Assembly: GCA_937864175.1 (NCBI GenBank)
Contig: CALMJH010000056.1
Span: 20,880-84,879, forward strand
Source: an uncultured Burkholderiales bacterium
GTDB taxonomy: Bacteria > Pseudomonadota > Gammaproteobacteria > Burkholderiales > Burkholderiaceae_A
Direction of reading: 5' to 3'
DNA: 64,000 nucleotides
Position 1 is the first letter of the stretch. Each line of letters starts with the position of its first letter. The translations under genes and the position numbers were made by a program. Below, in pieces: positions 19,786 through 29,508 of this stretch. The notes under the pieces are model-generated. The model was not told the DNA's origin and ran no database searches. It was given only the letters and a program-made list of their open reading frames with translations.

Positions 19786-21204
19786 ATGAAATCTTTCGCC
19801 GATCTCGGGCTCGCCGAGACCATTGTTCGTGCTGTTGCCGCAGAAGGCTACACCACGCCCACCCCCATCCAGGCCGGTGTCATTCCAGCCATGATCCGCG
19901 GCCAAGATGTCCTTGGCATCGCACAGACCGGCACGGGCAAGACCGCTGCCTTCGTCCTGCCGCTGCTCCAGAAGTTGGGTGCAGACCAGCAAAGCCGCAT
20001 GGTCCCCCGTATGCCCAAAAGCTGCCGAGCCCTCATTCTGGCCCCCACCCGCGAGCTCGCCGGGCAGATCGTCCAGAGCATCCAGACCTACGGGAAGTTT
20101 GCAAAGCTCACGACCGCCCTGGTGGTCGGGGGTGCCCGGGCACTGCCCCAGATCAAGGCCCTGGCTCCTGGGGTCGACATCCTGGTGGCCACGCCGGGCC
20201 GGCTGCTAGACCACCTGCAGGCCAAACACGTCCGCCTCGACCAGGCCCATGCCGTGGTCCTCGACGAGGCTGACCAGATGATGGACCTTGGTTTTTTGCC
20301 TGCCATCAAAGACCTTCTGTCGCGGCTGCCCAAAGAGCGCCAGACCCTATTGCTGTCGGCCACCATGCCCAAGGAGATCCGGGGCCTGGCCGACCAGTTT
20401 CTGCGCAATCCACTCGAAGTCCGGGTCGCAACCGAAAGCAAGCCCATCGAGCGCATCGAACAGCGGCTGGTCATGGTCGACGGCGGGAAAAAGCCCGAGA
20501 CCCTCATTGACCTGCTGGCCGATCAGGCCATCACGCAGGCCATCGTCTTTACCCGGACCAAACATGGGGCTGACCGCGTTGAAAAGCACGTCCGCAGCTT
20601 TGGTCACTACAGCATGGCGATCCACGGCAACAAGTCGCAGGCCCAGCGCGACAAGGCTCTGTTGGCCTTCCGGCAAGGCAAGGTCAAGATTCTGGTGGCC
20701 ACCGATGTTGCCGCGCGCGGCATCGACGTCGACAACGTAAGCCACGTCTTTAACTACGACCTGCCCAACGTCCCAGAGGCTTACGTTCACCGCATTGGTC
20801 GAACCGGCCGAGCCGGCCGCAGCGGTATCGCGGTCTCACTCTGCGACAGTTCCGAAATTGGCCTGGCTCTGCAAATCGAGCGCCTCACGGGCTGCAAACT
20901 TATTCCGGACGCCCTGCGTGGCCAACAGCGTCGTGGCGGTCCGTCCAAACCCGGGGCTCGCTCCGGACCACGTGGTGGCTCCAAGCCCCGCAGCTTCGGT
21001 GACAAGCCCGCTGCCCGACCCTTCGGTGACAAGCCCGCTGCCCGTACCTTCGGTGACAAGCCCGCTGCCCGTACCTTCGGTGACAAGCCTGCAGGCAAGC
21101 CTCAGTCCCCTCGCGGTTTTGAGCCTCGCAAGGCTGGCCCTCAGGGACGCTCAGGCAAGCCAAAGCCAAACTTCAGCCGTGGCGATGCCAAGCGAGCAGC
21201 CTGA
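19786..21204 (+). CDS. DEAD-box RNA helicase (RhlE-like)
   Basis: Q motif PTPIQ, AQTGTGKT, PTRELA, TPGRLLD, DEAD, SAT, HGNKSQ, ARGIDV, HRIGRTGRAG; low-complexity basic tail. Confidence 0.95.
   Translation: MKSFADLGLAETIVRAVAAEGYTTPTPIQAGVIPAMIRGQDVLGIAQTGTGKTAAFVLPLLQKLGADQQSRMVPRMPKSCRALILAPTRELAGQIVQSIQTYGKFAKLTTALVVGGARALPQIKALAPGVDILVATPGRLLDHLQAKHVRLDQAHAVVLDEADQMMDLGFLPAIKDLLSRLPKERQTLLLSATMPKEIRGLADQFLRNPLEVRVATESKPIERIEQRLVMVDGGKKPETLIDLLADQAITQAIVFTRTKHGADRVEKHVRSFGHYSMAIHGNKSQAQRDKALLAFRQGKVKILVATDVAARGIDVDNVSHVFNYDLPNVPEAYVHRIGRTGRAGRSGIAVSLCDSSEIGLALQIERLTGCKLIPDALRGQQRRGGPSKPGARSGPRGGSKPRSFGDKPAARPFGDKPAARTFGDKPAARTFGDKPAGKPQSPRGFEPRKAGPQGRSGKPKPNFSRGDAKRAA
20995..21092 (+). repeat. 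27-bp in-frame tandem repeat (about 3.6 copies) encoding FGDKPAAR(P/T)
   Basis: TTCGGTGACAAGCC starts at 20995, 21022, 21049 and 21076. Confidence 0.95.
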
Positions 21205-21832
21205 CCGACCTCCCCACACGACCAAGCCCATCGCCCTGTTTCCCCTGGGCCATGGGCTCTTTCCTGATGGCCTGCTGGCCCTGCAGCTCTTTGAGGTTCG
21301 CTACCTCAGCATGATCAAAAAGGTCGTCAAAGGCGAGCTCGACTTTGGCGTGGTTCGACTGGTTCAAGGCAGTGAGGTGGCCAAGCCTGACCAAGAGGAA
21401 GTCTTTGAGAACCTGGGAACACTTGCCAGCCTGACTCATCACCACCAGCCACAGGCAGGTCTCGTCCAAATTCGTTGCGTCGGGGGGCCGAGGTTTCGAG
21501 TCCAGTCGGCAGAGCGCGACAAGACCGGACTCTGGCTGGCTGAAGTCAACCTGCTACCCGACGATCCCCCCGAGGGCATCCCCCTCCATCTCCAGCCTGC
21601 GGCCAACCACCTGGGAAGGGTCATTGCAGACCTTCAGAGACAAGGACTGGCCCCAGAGGACATGCCCATTGCGGCGCCCTTCAGACTCGACGAATGCGGC
21701 TGGGTTGCCAACCGTTGGGCAGAGATCCTGCCGCTGGCCCCGCAGCAAAAACAGTTTCTACTGGCCATGGAGAGCCCTCTGGCTCGACTCGCCACTCTCA
21801 AGGAGTGGGTGGGCGAGCTCTTTCAGGACTAG
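21185..21832 (+). CDS. Lon N-terminal (substrate-binding) domain protein
   Basis: IALFPLGHGLFPDGLLALQLFEVRYLSMI, FGVVRL, GTLA, GGPRFRV, WVANRWAEILPL, KQFLL; ATG 21185 overlaps the helicase end. Confidence 0.85.
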   Translation: MPSEQPDRPPHTTKPIALFPLGHGLFPDGLLALQLFEVRYLSMIKKVVKGELDFGVVRLVQGSEVAKPDQEEVFENLGTLASLTHHHQPQAGLVQIRCVGGPRFRVQSAERDKTGLWLAEVNLLPDDPPEGIPLHLQPAANHLGRVIADLQRQGLAPEDMPIAAPFRLDECGWVANRWAEILPLAPQQKQFLLAMESPLARLATLKEWVGELFQD

Positions 21833-21888
21833 CCGGAACGAGAAGGCATGAGCAGGCACCAGTCGCGTAGAAGCTGCCTGGTTCCGTC

Positions 21889-23223
21889 CTAGGCAAACAT
21901 CCGCAGCATCTCGTCGCGAAGGTCCAAAGCCTTCGATGGCACCCGCTCTACGTCATCCCAGCTGAGAGACTGCCCGGCCTTCACTGGTCGGGTGACCTTG
22001 ATGCCATGGGCCAGGCCCAGGGGAAGGCCCTTCATCGTCCTCGAGGTTGCAGCAGGCAGCAGCTTGCCCCAGACGGTGTAACCACCCTCGCCGTCCAAGA
22101 TCTCACCCACTTTTAGATCACGCTTGGCCGTGGCCACCACGTCGGCCTTCCAGAACTCCGCAGTCCCAGTCGGCTCCCCCCGAAGCGCAACGCTGGCCAC
22201 GGACTGTCCAACCTCCAGGCCAATCAGGTGCCAACGCTTGTAGAGCGTGAAATAGCGGCCTGACGGGTCGGTGTGGGCCTTGTACTCCTCAAAGCAGTTC
22301 TTGATGTAGTCGGTCTCGGCCTCGACGGTAACCCAGACCCCCATGCGAATCTCGTAGGGGATCTGCCGCCCATCGGTCTCTAGAGAGGAGATCACCTCCA
22401 CCATGCCTTTTTTCTCAAGCTGACCACCCTCGGACCGTGGTCGCGTCACAAAGGGAATGTCTTCAATACTGGCCGGGGGGTACAGCAGGCCATTGCTGGG
22501 TACGTCCAAATTGCAGGCATTGGCCACAGCGGTGGATTCAATTGAGGGCTTTGATCCGTCTAGAAAGCTGTTGAACATCTTGGGGTTCAAGCCTCCCCGA
22601 GCGGCCTGCTCGGGCGTAAGGCCCCAGTTATCCCAGACCGTATCGGGCGTGGACTCTGAGAAATGTGGCAGCCACTTGTGCCCACGGCCAGCGGCGACCA
22701 CTGGAAAGCCGCAGGTTCGAGCCCAATCCACCAGATCACAGATCAGGGCTGGTTGATCCCCAAAGGCCAGCGAATAGAGGCGGCCAGCAGCCTGGGCCCG
22801 TCTGGCGAGCAGGGGGCCGCAGAAGGCATCGGCCTCCACCGTCACATTCACCACATGTTTGCCCTGCTCAAACGCACCAAGAATATGGTCCACCGCTGCA
22901 ATCGGATGGCCTGTGCATTCGACGATGACATCAATCTTGGGGTGACGCACCAGGGTCTCCCAGTTGTCCGTGATGTGCGTAGTGCCCTTTTGAATCGCCT
23001 CGTCCAGACTGGCTGCGCCCACGCGCTCTGCGGCCCATCCCACCCTGGCCAGATTGCGTCGGGCCGCCTCGGGGGAGAGGTCTGCAATGCCCACCAGGTG
23101 GACACCAGGCGTGCGCGGAATCTGCGACAGATACATGGAGCCGAACTTGCCGGCACCGATCAGACCAACTCGAATGGGATTGCCCTGGGCGGCACGGCCC
23201 AGCAACTGACGATGAAGACTCAT
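21889..23223 (-). CDS. NAD(P)-dependent oxidoreductase with C-terminal SAF domain (COG4091-like)
   Basis: GLIGAGKFG Rossmann motif, NVTVEADAFCG, GDQPAL, MFNSFLDGSK, VATAKRDLKVGEILDGEGGYTVWG and GLPLGLA SAF segment. Confidence 0.85.
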   Translation of the reverse strand: MSLHRQLLGRAAQGNPIRVGLIGAGKFGSMYLSQIPRTPGVHLVGIADLSPEAARRNLARVGWAAERVGAASLDEAIQKGTTHITDNWETLVRHPKIDVIVECTGHPIAAVDHILGAFEQGKHVVNVTVEADAFCGPLLARRAQAAGRLYSLAFGDQPALICDLVDWARTCGFPVVAAGRGHKWLPHFSESTPDTVWDNWGLTPEQAARGGLNPKMFNSFLDGSKPSIESTAVANACNLDVPSNGLLYPPASIEDIPFVTRPRSEGGQLEKKGMVEVISSLETDGRQIPYEIRMGVWVTVEAETDYIKNCFEEYKAHTDPSGRYFTLYKRWHLIGLEVGQSVASVALRGEPTGTAEFWKADVVATAKRDLKVGEILDGEGGYTVWGKLLPAATSRTMKGLPLGLAHGIKVTRPVKAGQSLSWDDVERVPSKALDLRDEMLRMFA

Positions 23224-23238
23224 GGGAGGAAGACCTTT

Positions 23239-25806
23239 TTAATTTGAAGACTGCATCATGCCTTGCGCGGCCTGAACGATGCCATTGGCATCTACCCCGA
23301 AGCGTTGCCGAAGCGCAGCACGAGTGTCACTGCAGCCAAACCCATCGGTAGCCAGAACCGTCATCTCACGACCAGCGGGCAGATGGGCACGAATCTGGTC
23401 TGGAAGGGCCCTGACCCAGTCACTCACCGCAACGATGGGGCCCTGACTCTGGGCCAGAAGACCTGACAAAAATGCCTTGGAGGAATGAACTGCAGCATCC
23501 CGTGCCAACTCGGTGTAGCTGGTGATGCTGTAGAGGAAGACCTGATGTCCCGACTCGACCAAGCGGTCAAAAGCAGCCAGGGCCTCAGTCATCACGGCCC
23601 CAGAGGCCAAGAGCGTGACTGGACGGCCCTGCCCTCCAGACTTCAGCAAGTAGCCCCCCTTCACCACTCCATCGGCCTGCGAGGGCTCCAGACTGAGCTG
23701 CGGGTAATTGGCATTGGTCATGGTGATGTAGTAGAAGACATCCCGCTGATCAACCATCATGTCCACCAGCCCCTGCTGAATCAGCACGGCCAACTCGCCA
23801 GCAAAGGCCGGGTCATACGAGCGGCAGTTGGGCACGGTAGAGGCCCAGAGCAGGCTGGTGCCGTCTTGGTGCTGAAGGCCCTCGCCAGCGAGGGTCGTTC
23901 GGCCAGAGGTGGCACCCAACAGAAATCCTCTTGGGTTCTGGTCCGCTGCTGCCCAGATCAGGTCCCCGATTCGCTGAAAGCCAAACATCGAATAGAAGAT
24001 GTAAAACGGCACCATGGGCTGACCATGCACCGCATAGCTCGTCGCTGCCGCAATCCAGCTCGAGATGGCCCCGGCCTCGCTGATGCCCTCCTCCAATATC
24101 TGTCCGTCCTTGGCCTCGCGGTAACTCAGCACCGAGCCAATGTCCTCGGGGGCATATCGCTGTCCCACGCTGGAATAAATGCCCACCTGCTTAAAGAGAT
24201 TGGCCATGCCAAAAGTTCGGGCCTCGTCGGCCACAATTGGCACCACCCTGGGCCCCAGCACGGGGTCCTTTAGCAAGGCGCCCAGCTGCCGAACAAAGGC
24301 CATGGTGGTACTCATCTCCTTGCCATCGGCAGCCAGGGCAAAGCCTGCATGGGTCTCGATGGCGGGAACTGGCACTGTCGGTGCGTCGGTCTGACGCGAC
24401 GGCAGGCTGCCACCCAGCGCAGACCTCCGATCCCGCAGGATTCTCATTTCAGGGCTGTCGGCGTCCGGGCGATAGAACTCGAGACCCAGCACCTGCTCAT
24501 CGGTCAGAGGCAGACCAAACCGATCGCGGAAGGCCAGCAGGTCGTCGTCTTCCAACTTTTTGTTGCTGTGGGTGGTCATTCGGCCCTGGCCTGCCTGACC
24601 CATGCCATAGCCCTTCTTGGTGTGGGCCAGTATGACCGTGGGCTGGCCCACCGTCTTCATGGCTGCGGCGTAGGCCGCGTAGATCTTCACCATGTCGTGG
24701 CCACCCCGCTTGAGGCCATCGATCTGCTCATCGGTCATGCCCTGGACCAGGGCCGCCAAGGCCGGGTGCTGCCCAAAGAAATTCTCGCGGTTGAACCGCC
24801 CGTCTTTGGCGGCAAAGGTCTGCATCTGGCCGTCGACGGTCTGGCCCAAGGCCTGTGTCAGAACACCCGAACTGTCTCGGGCAAACAGGCCATCCCAGTC
24901 GCTGCCCCAGAGCAGCTTAATCACTCGCCAGCCCGCACCGACAAAGAGGGTCTCGAGCTCGTCAATGATGCGTCCGTTGCCGCGAACGGGACCGTCGAGC
25001 CGCTGTAGGTTGCAGTTCACCACCCAAGTCAGGTTGTCCAGTCCCTCGCGGGCGGCCATGGTGAGTGCACTCATGCTCTCGGGCTCGTCCATCTCTCCAT
25101 CGCCAAAGATGCCCCAGACCCGACGGCCCGAGCAGTCGTGCTGCCCCCGGTCTGATAGGTAGCGCATAAACCGGGCCTGGTAGATGGACTGGACCGGACC
25201 AAGCCCCATGGAGGCGGTTGGAAACTGCCAGAAGTCGGGCATGGAGTATGGATGGGGATAGCTGGAGAGGCCTCGGGTCCCCGCAGGCGCCTCGCCGACC
25301 ACGACTGCTTGTTGAGCGGCCAATTCGCGGCGATAAAAGCCAAGGTCATGGGCAGTCAGGCGACCCTCAAGAAAGGCGCGCGCATAGACGCCGGGCGCAC
25401 TGTGGGCCTGCATAAAGACCAGGTCACCCTGCCGACCGGCCCGCCAGAAGTGGTTAAACCCCACCTCAAAGAGATCTGCCGCGCTGGCATAACTCGCAAT
25501 GTGGCCGCCGAGTTCACCGGTGAGACGGTTGGCCCGCACCACCATGGCCAGCGCATTCCAGCGCATGAGGCTAGCCAGTCGCTGCTCCAGATCGAGGTCG
25601 CCAGGAAAGTCGGGCTGTTCCTCCACGCCAATTGTGTTGACGTAGGGAGTGATGGCCGAAGGGCGCCAGCCCAGACGCAGCGCATTGGCCTGCCCGGCGA
25701 GCTCGTCCAGGATGAACCGCGCCCGCTCAGGGCCAGCGTGGGTGACAAGGCTTGTAAAGGCCTCGCGCCATTCTTGGGTTTCTTGAAGATCGAGATCGTT
25801 TTTCAT
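23239..25806 (-). CDS. mdeB: Homodimeric 2-oxoacid dehydrogenase E1 paralogue (MdeB / TIGR03186 type)
   Basis: ELGGHIASYAS, SSYPHP, FWQFPTASMGLG, GDGEMDEPE ThDP motif, NCNLQRLDGPV, GEGLQHQDG; divergent Lrp gene and no aceF/lpd alongside. Start at ATG 25806. Confidence 0.8.
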   Translation of the reverse strand: MKNDLDLQETQEWREAFTSLVTHAGPERARFILDELAGQANALRLGWRPSAITPYVNTIGVEEQPDFPGDLDLEQRLASLMRWNALAMVVRANRLTGELGGHIASYASAADLFEVGFNHFWRAGRQGDLVFMQAHSAPGVYARAFLEGRLTAHDLGFYRRELAAQQAVVVGEAPAGTRGLSSYPHPYSMPDFWQFPTASMGLGPVQSIYQARFMRYLSDRGQHDCSGRRVWGIFGDGEMDEPESMSALTMAAREGLDNLTWVVNCNLQRLDGPVRGNGRIIDELETLFVGAGWRVIKLLWGSDWDGLFARDSSGVLTQALGQTVDGQMQTFAAKDGRFNRENFFGQHPALAALVQGMTDEQIDGLKRGGHDMVKIYAAYAAAMKTVGQPTVILAHTKKGYGMGQAGQGRMTTHSNKKLEDDDLLAFRDRFGLPLTDEQVLGLEFYRPDADSPEMRILRDRRSALGGSLPSRQTDAPTVPVPAIETHAGFALAADGKEMSTTMAFVRQLGALLKDPVLGPRVVPIVADEARTFGMANLFKQVGIYSSVGQRYAPEDIGSVLSYREAKDGQILEEGISEAGAISSWIAAATSYAVHGQPMVPFYIFYSMFGFQRIGDLIWAAADQNPRGFLLGATSGRTTLAGEGLQHQDGTSLLWASTVPNCRSYDPAFAGELAVLIQQGLVDMMVDQRDVFYYITMTNANYPQLSLEPSQADGVVKGGYLLKSGGQGRPVTLLASGAVMTEALAAFDRLVESGHQVFLYSITSYTELARDAAVHSSKAFLSGLLAQSQGPIVAVSDWVRALPDQIRAHLPAGREMTVLATDGFGCSDTRAALRQRFGVDANGIVQAAQGMMQSSN

Positions 25807-25872
25807 GACCAGAACAATAGCCAAGCCAAACCAACATTTGATACTGAAATTGATGTATAAATCTGCTTATCA

Positions 25873-25887
25873 AAGCATTTTATGCTT
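25873..25887. promoter_or_regulatory. Candidate Lrp/AsnC operator
   Basis: AAGCATTTTATGCTT near-perfect palindrome in the AT-rich gap, resembling the Lrp AG-N-A-W...W-T-N-CT consensus. Confidence 0.5.
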
Positions 25888-25907
25888 ATATGAAAGGTAT
25901 ATTAAGC

Positions 25908-26390
25908 ATGAAAATACACACTCCCAGCCTAGATCGAGTCGATCTAAAGATCCTCGATGCCTTGCAGACCGACGGCAGTCTCTCGAATGTCGCCCTGGCC
26001 AAACAGGTCAATCTCTCGCCCTCGCCCTGCCTGGCCAGGGTCAAACATCTCACCCAGCTGGGCGTCATACAGAAGACGGTCAGCCTGGTGCAGCCACAGG
26101 CCGTTGGCCTGCAGCTCAATGTCTTCATCAACATTAGTCTCAAGGCCCAGAGCCGCGAGGCTCTTGCAGACTTCGAAAAACGCATCCAACTGCACGACGA
26201 GGTCATGGAGTGTTACCTCATGACGGGCGACTCGGACTATCTCATCCGGGTGGTGGTGCCGGACATGCAAGCCCTGGAGAAATTCATCTTGGAGGAGCTC
26301 ACGCCCATCGGGAGCGTTGAGAAAATTCGCTCAAGCTTTGCCCTCAAGCAGGTCAAGTACAAGACTGCCCTGCCCCTTCAGTGGGCCTGA
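25908..26390 (+). CDS. Lrp/AsnC-family transcriptional regulator
   Basis: LDRVDLKILDALQTDGSLSNVALAKQVNLSPSPCLARVKHL HTH; ECYLMTGDSDYLIRVVVPD RAM domain. Confidence 0.95.
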   Translation: MKIHTPSLDRVDLKILDALQTDGSLSNVALAKQVNLSPSPCLARVKHLTQLGVIQKTVSLVQPQAVGLQLNVFINISLKAQSREALADFEKRIQLHDEVMECYLMTGDSDYLIRVVVPDMQALEKFILEELTPIGSVEKIRSSFALKQVKYKTALPLQWA

Positions 26391-26401
26391 GATAATCCGG
26401 C

Positions 26402-28342
26402 ATGTCTTTGATTACCCTCTCCGAGGCACAACTTGCCTTCGGACATGTTGCCCTGCTCGATCGAACCGGCTTTGCCCTGGAGACTCAGGAGCGAATTGGC
26501 CTCATTGGTCGCAATGGCACCGGCAAATCCTCCTTGCTCAAAATCCTAGCAAGCCTGGAGCATCTGGACGATGGTCGCCTTCAAGTTGGCCAAGATCTGC
26601 GCATCACCTATGTCGCCCAGGAACCCCTGCTGGACGCCAGTCATAGCGTCTTTGAGTCGGTCAGCCTGGGCCTTTCAAGCATTCAGGCCCTGCGCGCCGA
26701 GTACGAATCCCTTGGCCATCAGGTCAGCCAGGCCAACGACCCCAAGGCTCACCAGCGACTCGATGAGCTGCAATCGGCCCTGGACGCCGCTGGCGGCTGG
26801 CAGTGGGAGCAGCGCGTGGAGCAGACCATGGCCAGACTGGGCCTTGATCCCGCCAGCCGCATCGGTGATCTCTCCGGTGGACTCAAAAAGCGAGTGGCCT
26901 TGGCCCAAGCTTTGGTGACCAATCCAGATGTGCTGCTGCTCGACGAGCCAACCAACCATCTAGATGTCCAATCCATCGAATGGCTTGAAGAACTCCTGCT
27001 GGCCTTCAAAGGCGCCATGGTCTTTATCACCCACGACCGTCGTTTCCTGGACCGGGTTGCGACCAGCATCCTCGCCCTGGACCGTGGGCACCTCAGGAAA
27101 TATCCCGGCAACTTCGCAGACTACGAGCGTCAACGCGACGAGGAACTGGCCGCCGAGGCTCTGGCCAACGCACGTGCGGACAAGCTGCTGGCCCAAGAGG
27201 AGGTCTGGTCCCGCAAGGGCGTCGAGGCCCGCCGAACCAAGAGTGTCGCCCGACTCGAGCGCCTGAAGCAGCTTCGAGCAGAGCATGCGGCCCGTCGTGA
27301 CCAGATGGGCCAAGTCAACCTCAATCTCTCTAAAGGTGAGCGAAGCGGCAAGTTGGTTGCTGAACTCAAGGACGTCTCCAAAGAGTTTGGTGACAAGGCC
27401 GTGGTGCGTGACTTCAGCCTGACTGTGCTTCGGGGAGACAAGATTGGCCTGATGGGTCCCAACGGGGCGGGCAAGTCCACGCTGCTCAAGCTCATCCTGG
27501 GGCAGTTGAGCCCAGACCAGGGACAGATTCGGCTGGGCACCAAGATTCAGGTGGCCTATTTTGATCAGATGCGTGAAGGCCTGAATTTAGAGGCGACCCT
27601 GGAGGACACGATCAGCCCGGGTAGCGAGTGGATTGAGATCGGCGAGGAGAAGAAGCACGTCAAGAGTTACCTGGGCGACTTTCTCTTTGCGCCTGAGCGC
27701 GCGGGCTCACCCGTCAAGAGTCTGTCAGGCGGCGAGCGCAATCGTCTGCTGCTGGCCAGGCTCTTTGCCCGTCCCGCCAATGTCCTGGTGCTCGACGAAC
27801 CCACCAACGACCTGGATATCGAGACCCTGGAACTGCTCGAGCAGTTGCTGGTGGATTACACGGGCACGCTCTTTCTGGTGAGCCACGACCGGACCTTTGT
27901 CGACCGAGTGGTCACCAGCCGGCTCGCCCATGAGGGTGATGGACGCTGGCAGGAATACGAGGGCGGCTATGACGACTACCTGGTTCAACGCCAGCGGATG
28001 CTGGCATCCAGGGGGCTGCCTGAGACAAGACCTTCTGACACCAAGCCCGCTGCGTCCGGCGGCACCACCAGCGGCGCAGTGGCAACAAGCCCGGAAAAGC
28101 CCAAGACCAAGCTCAGCAACAAGGAGCGAGCCGCCCTGGAGAGCCTGCCCGGCCAGATCGAGGGGCTAGAGGCCATGCTTACCAAAATCCAGTCTCGTCT
28201 TGCAGATCCCATGCTTTACAAGCAAGATCCCGAGTCGGTACCCAAGCTTCAATCCCAACTAGAATCGCTAGAGGCCGACCTGCTCAAGGCGATGGACCAG
28301 TGGGACCAACTGCTGCAAAAGGAATCTGGCCTGACCACATGA
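26402..28342 (+). CDS. uup: ABC-F family ATPase Uup
   Basis: Two ABC cassettes (GRNGTGKS, GPNGAGKS; LSGG), EEVWSRKGVEARRTKS linker, KLSNKE coiled-coil C-terminal domain. Confidence 0.9.
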   Translation: MSLITLSEAQLAFGHVALLDRTGFALETQERIGLIGRNGTGKSSLLKILASLEHLDDGRLQVGQDLRITYVAQEPLLDASHSVFESVSLGLSSIQALRAEYESLGHQVSQANDPKAHQRLDELQSALDAAGGWQWEQRVEQTMARLGLDPASRIGDLSGGLKKRVALAQALVTNPDVLLLDEPTNHLDVQSIEWLEELLLAFKGAMVFITHDRRFLDRVATSILALDRGHLRKYPGNFADYERQRDEELAAEALANARADKLLAQEEVWSRKGVEARRTKSVARLERLKQLRAEHAARRDQMGQVNLNLSKGERSGKLVAELKDVSKEFGDKAVVRDFSLTVLRGDKIGLMGPNGAGKSTLLKLILGQLSPDQGQIRLGTKIQVAYFDQMREGLNLEATLEDTISPGSEWIEIGEEKKHVKSYLGDFLFAPERAGSPVKSLSGGERNRLLLARLFARPANVLVLDEPTNDLDIETLELLEQLLVDYTGTLFLVSHDRTFVDRVVTSRLAHEGDGRWQEYEGGYDDYLVQRQRMLASRGLPETRPSDTKPAASGGTTSGAVATSPEKPKTKLSNKERAALESLPGQIEGLEAMLTKIQSRLADPMLYKQDPESVPKLQSQLESLEADLLKAMDQWDQLLQKESGLTT

Positions 28343-29508
28343 ACCGATCCACCAGCCTACTGCTCAACGCCGCCCACACCCTGGACCACCTGGTCTTGTT
28401 GATATTTGCCTCGGCTGTCAGCGTCATCGCCTTGGAGTTTGGCTTTGCCAACTGGGAAGACCTGATGCCCTATACCGCCGGCGCCTTTCTAATGTTTGGA
28501 CTTGGGTCCATTCCGTCTGGCCGCCTAGGGGACCTCTGGGGCCGGCGCAAGATGATGGTCTTGTATTTTTTTGGATTGGCCGCCAGTTGTGGCCTGGTCG
28601 CCTTGACGCAAAACGCCTGGCAGATCGCAGCAGCCCTCACCCTGATGGGGTTGTTTGCCTCCATCTACCATCCGGTGGGCATTCCCATGCTGCTGCGTCA
28701 TGCCGCTAAGCCCGGGCTGGTGATCGGCTGGAACAATCTGGCTGGCAACATGGGCATTGCCCTGGCGGCCCTCTTCACAGGATTGGCCATTAAATACTTT
28801 GGCTGGCGCGCTGCCTTCTGGATGGCTGCCCTGCTCTCTATTGCACTGGGTCTGTTTTTTATGAAGGTCTGCCCAACCGAGTCTGAGCCCGCCGGCAAAC
28901 GAAAGGCCAGCGGGACCAGCCTGCCCCGAAGCCTCGTCATCCGGGCGCTGGTGGTCATGACAACGGCAGCCACCTCCGGGGCCATCTTGTTTAACTTCAC
29001 CACCAACAGCAATGCCGAGTTGCTGAAAGTGAAATTCGACCAGGTCGTCACCGACCCAGCGCTGCTGGGCTTCTTACTGGCCGGCGTCTATGCGGTGGCC
29101 GCCTTTAGCCAGGTCGCTGCAGGCTGGCTGCTAGACCGAGTGGCCATTAAGAAATTGTTCATGACCATCGTCGCTTTTCAGATTGTCTTTCTGTTGGCGG
29201 CAAGCCAGACCTCCGGCTGGGTCTATCTGGTGTTTTCGCTGGGCTTCATGGCTGCCATCTTTGGGGCCATCCCATTCGTGGACGCGGTCATCGTGCGGTA
29301 TGTGGACGACAGCATGCGCAGCCGGGCCACCGGGTTGCGCATTGCCATCACCTTTGGGGTCAGCAGCCTGGCCGTCTACCTCATTGGGCCAACGGTCAAG
29401 TCGTTTGGCTTCGACACCATGTTAGTGGTCATGGCGGCGCTGGCCTGCTTTACGATCGCAGCCATGTCCCGGCTGCCCAGCGACACAGTGACTGCGCAAA
29501 CGAAATAA
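28339..29508 (+). CDS. MFS transporter
   Basis: About 12 TM segments, GRLGDLWGRR motif A, SIYHPVG; ATG 28339 overlaps the uup stop. Confidence 0.88.
   Translation: MNRSTSLLLNAAHTLDHLVLLIFASAVSVIALEFGFANWEDLMPYTAGAFLMFGLGSIPSGRLGDLWGRRKMMVLYFFGLAASCGLVALTQNAWQIAAALTLMGLFASIYHPVGIPMLLRHAAKPGLVIGWNNLAGNMGIALAALFTGLAIKYFGWRAAFWMAALLSIALGLFFMKVCPTESEPAGKRKASGTSLPRSLVIRALVVMTTAATSGAILFNFTTNSNAELLKVKFDQVVTDPALLGFLLAGVYAVAAFSQVAAGWLLDRVAIKKLFMTIVAFQIVFLLAASQTSGWVYLVFSLGFMAAIFGAIPFVDAVIVRYVDDSMRSRATGLRIAITFGVSSLAVYLIGPTVKSFGFDTMLVVMAALACFTIAAMSRLPSDTVTAQTK

Noticed and set aside
20995-21092. 27-bp direct repeats as a CRISPR array
   Set aside because: They are contiguous with no unique spacers, in frame within the helicase tail, and there are no cas genes.
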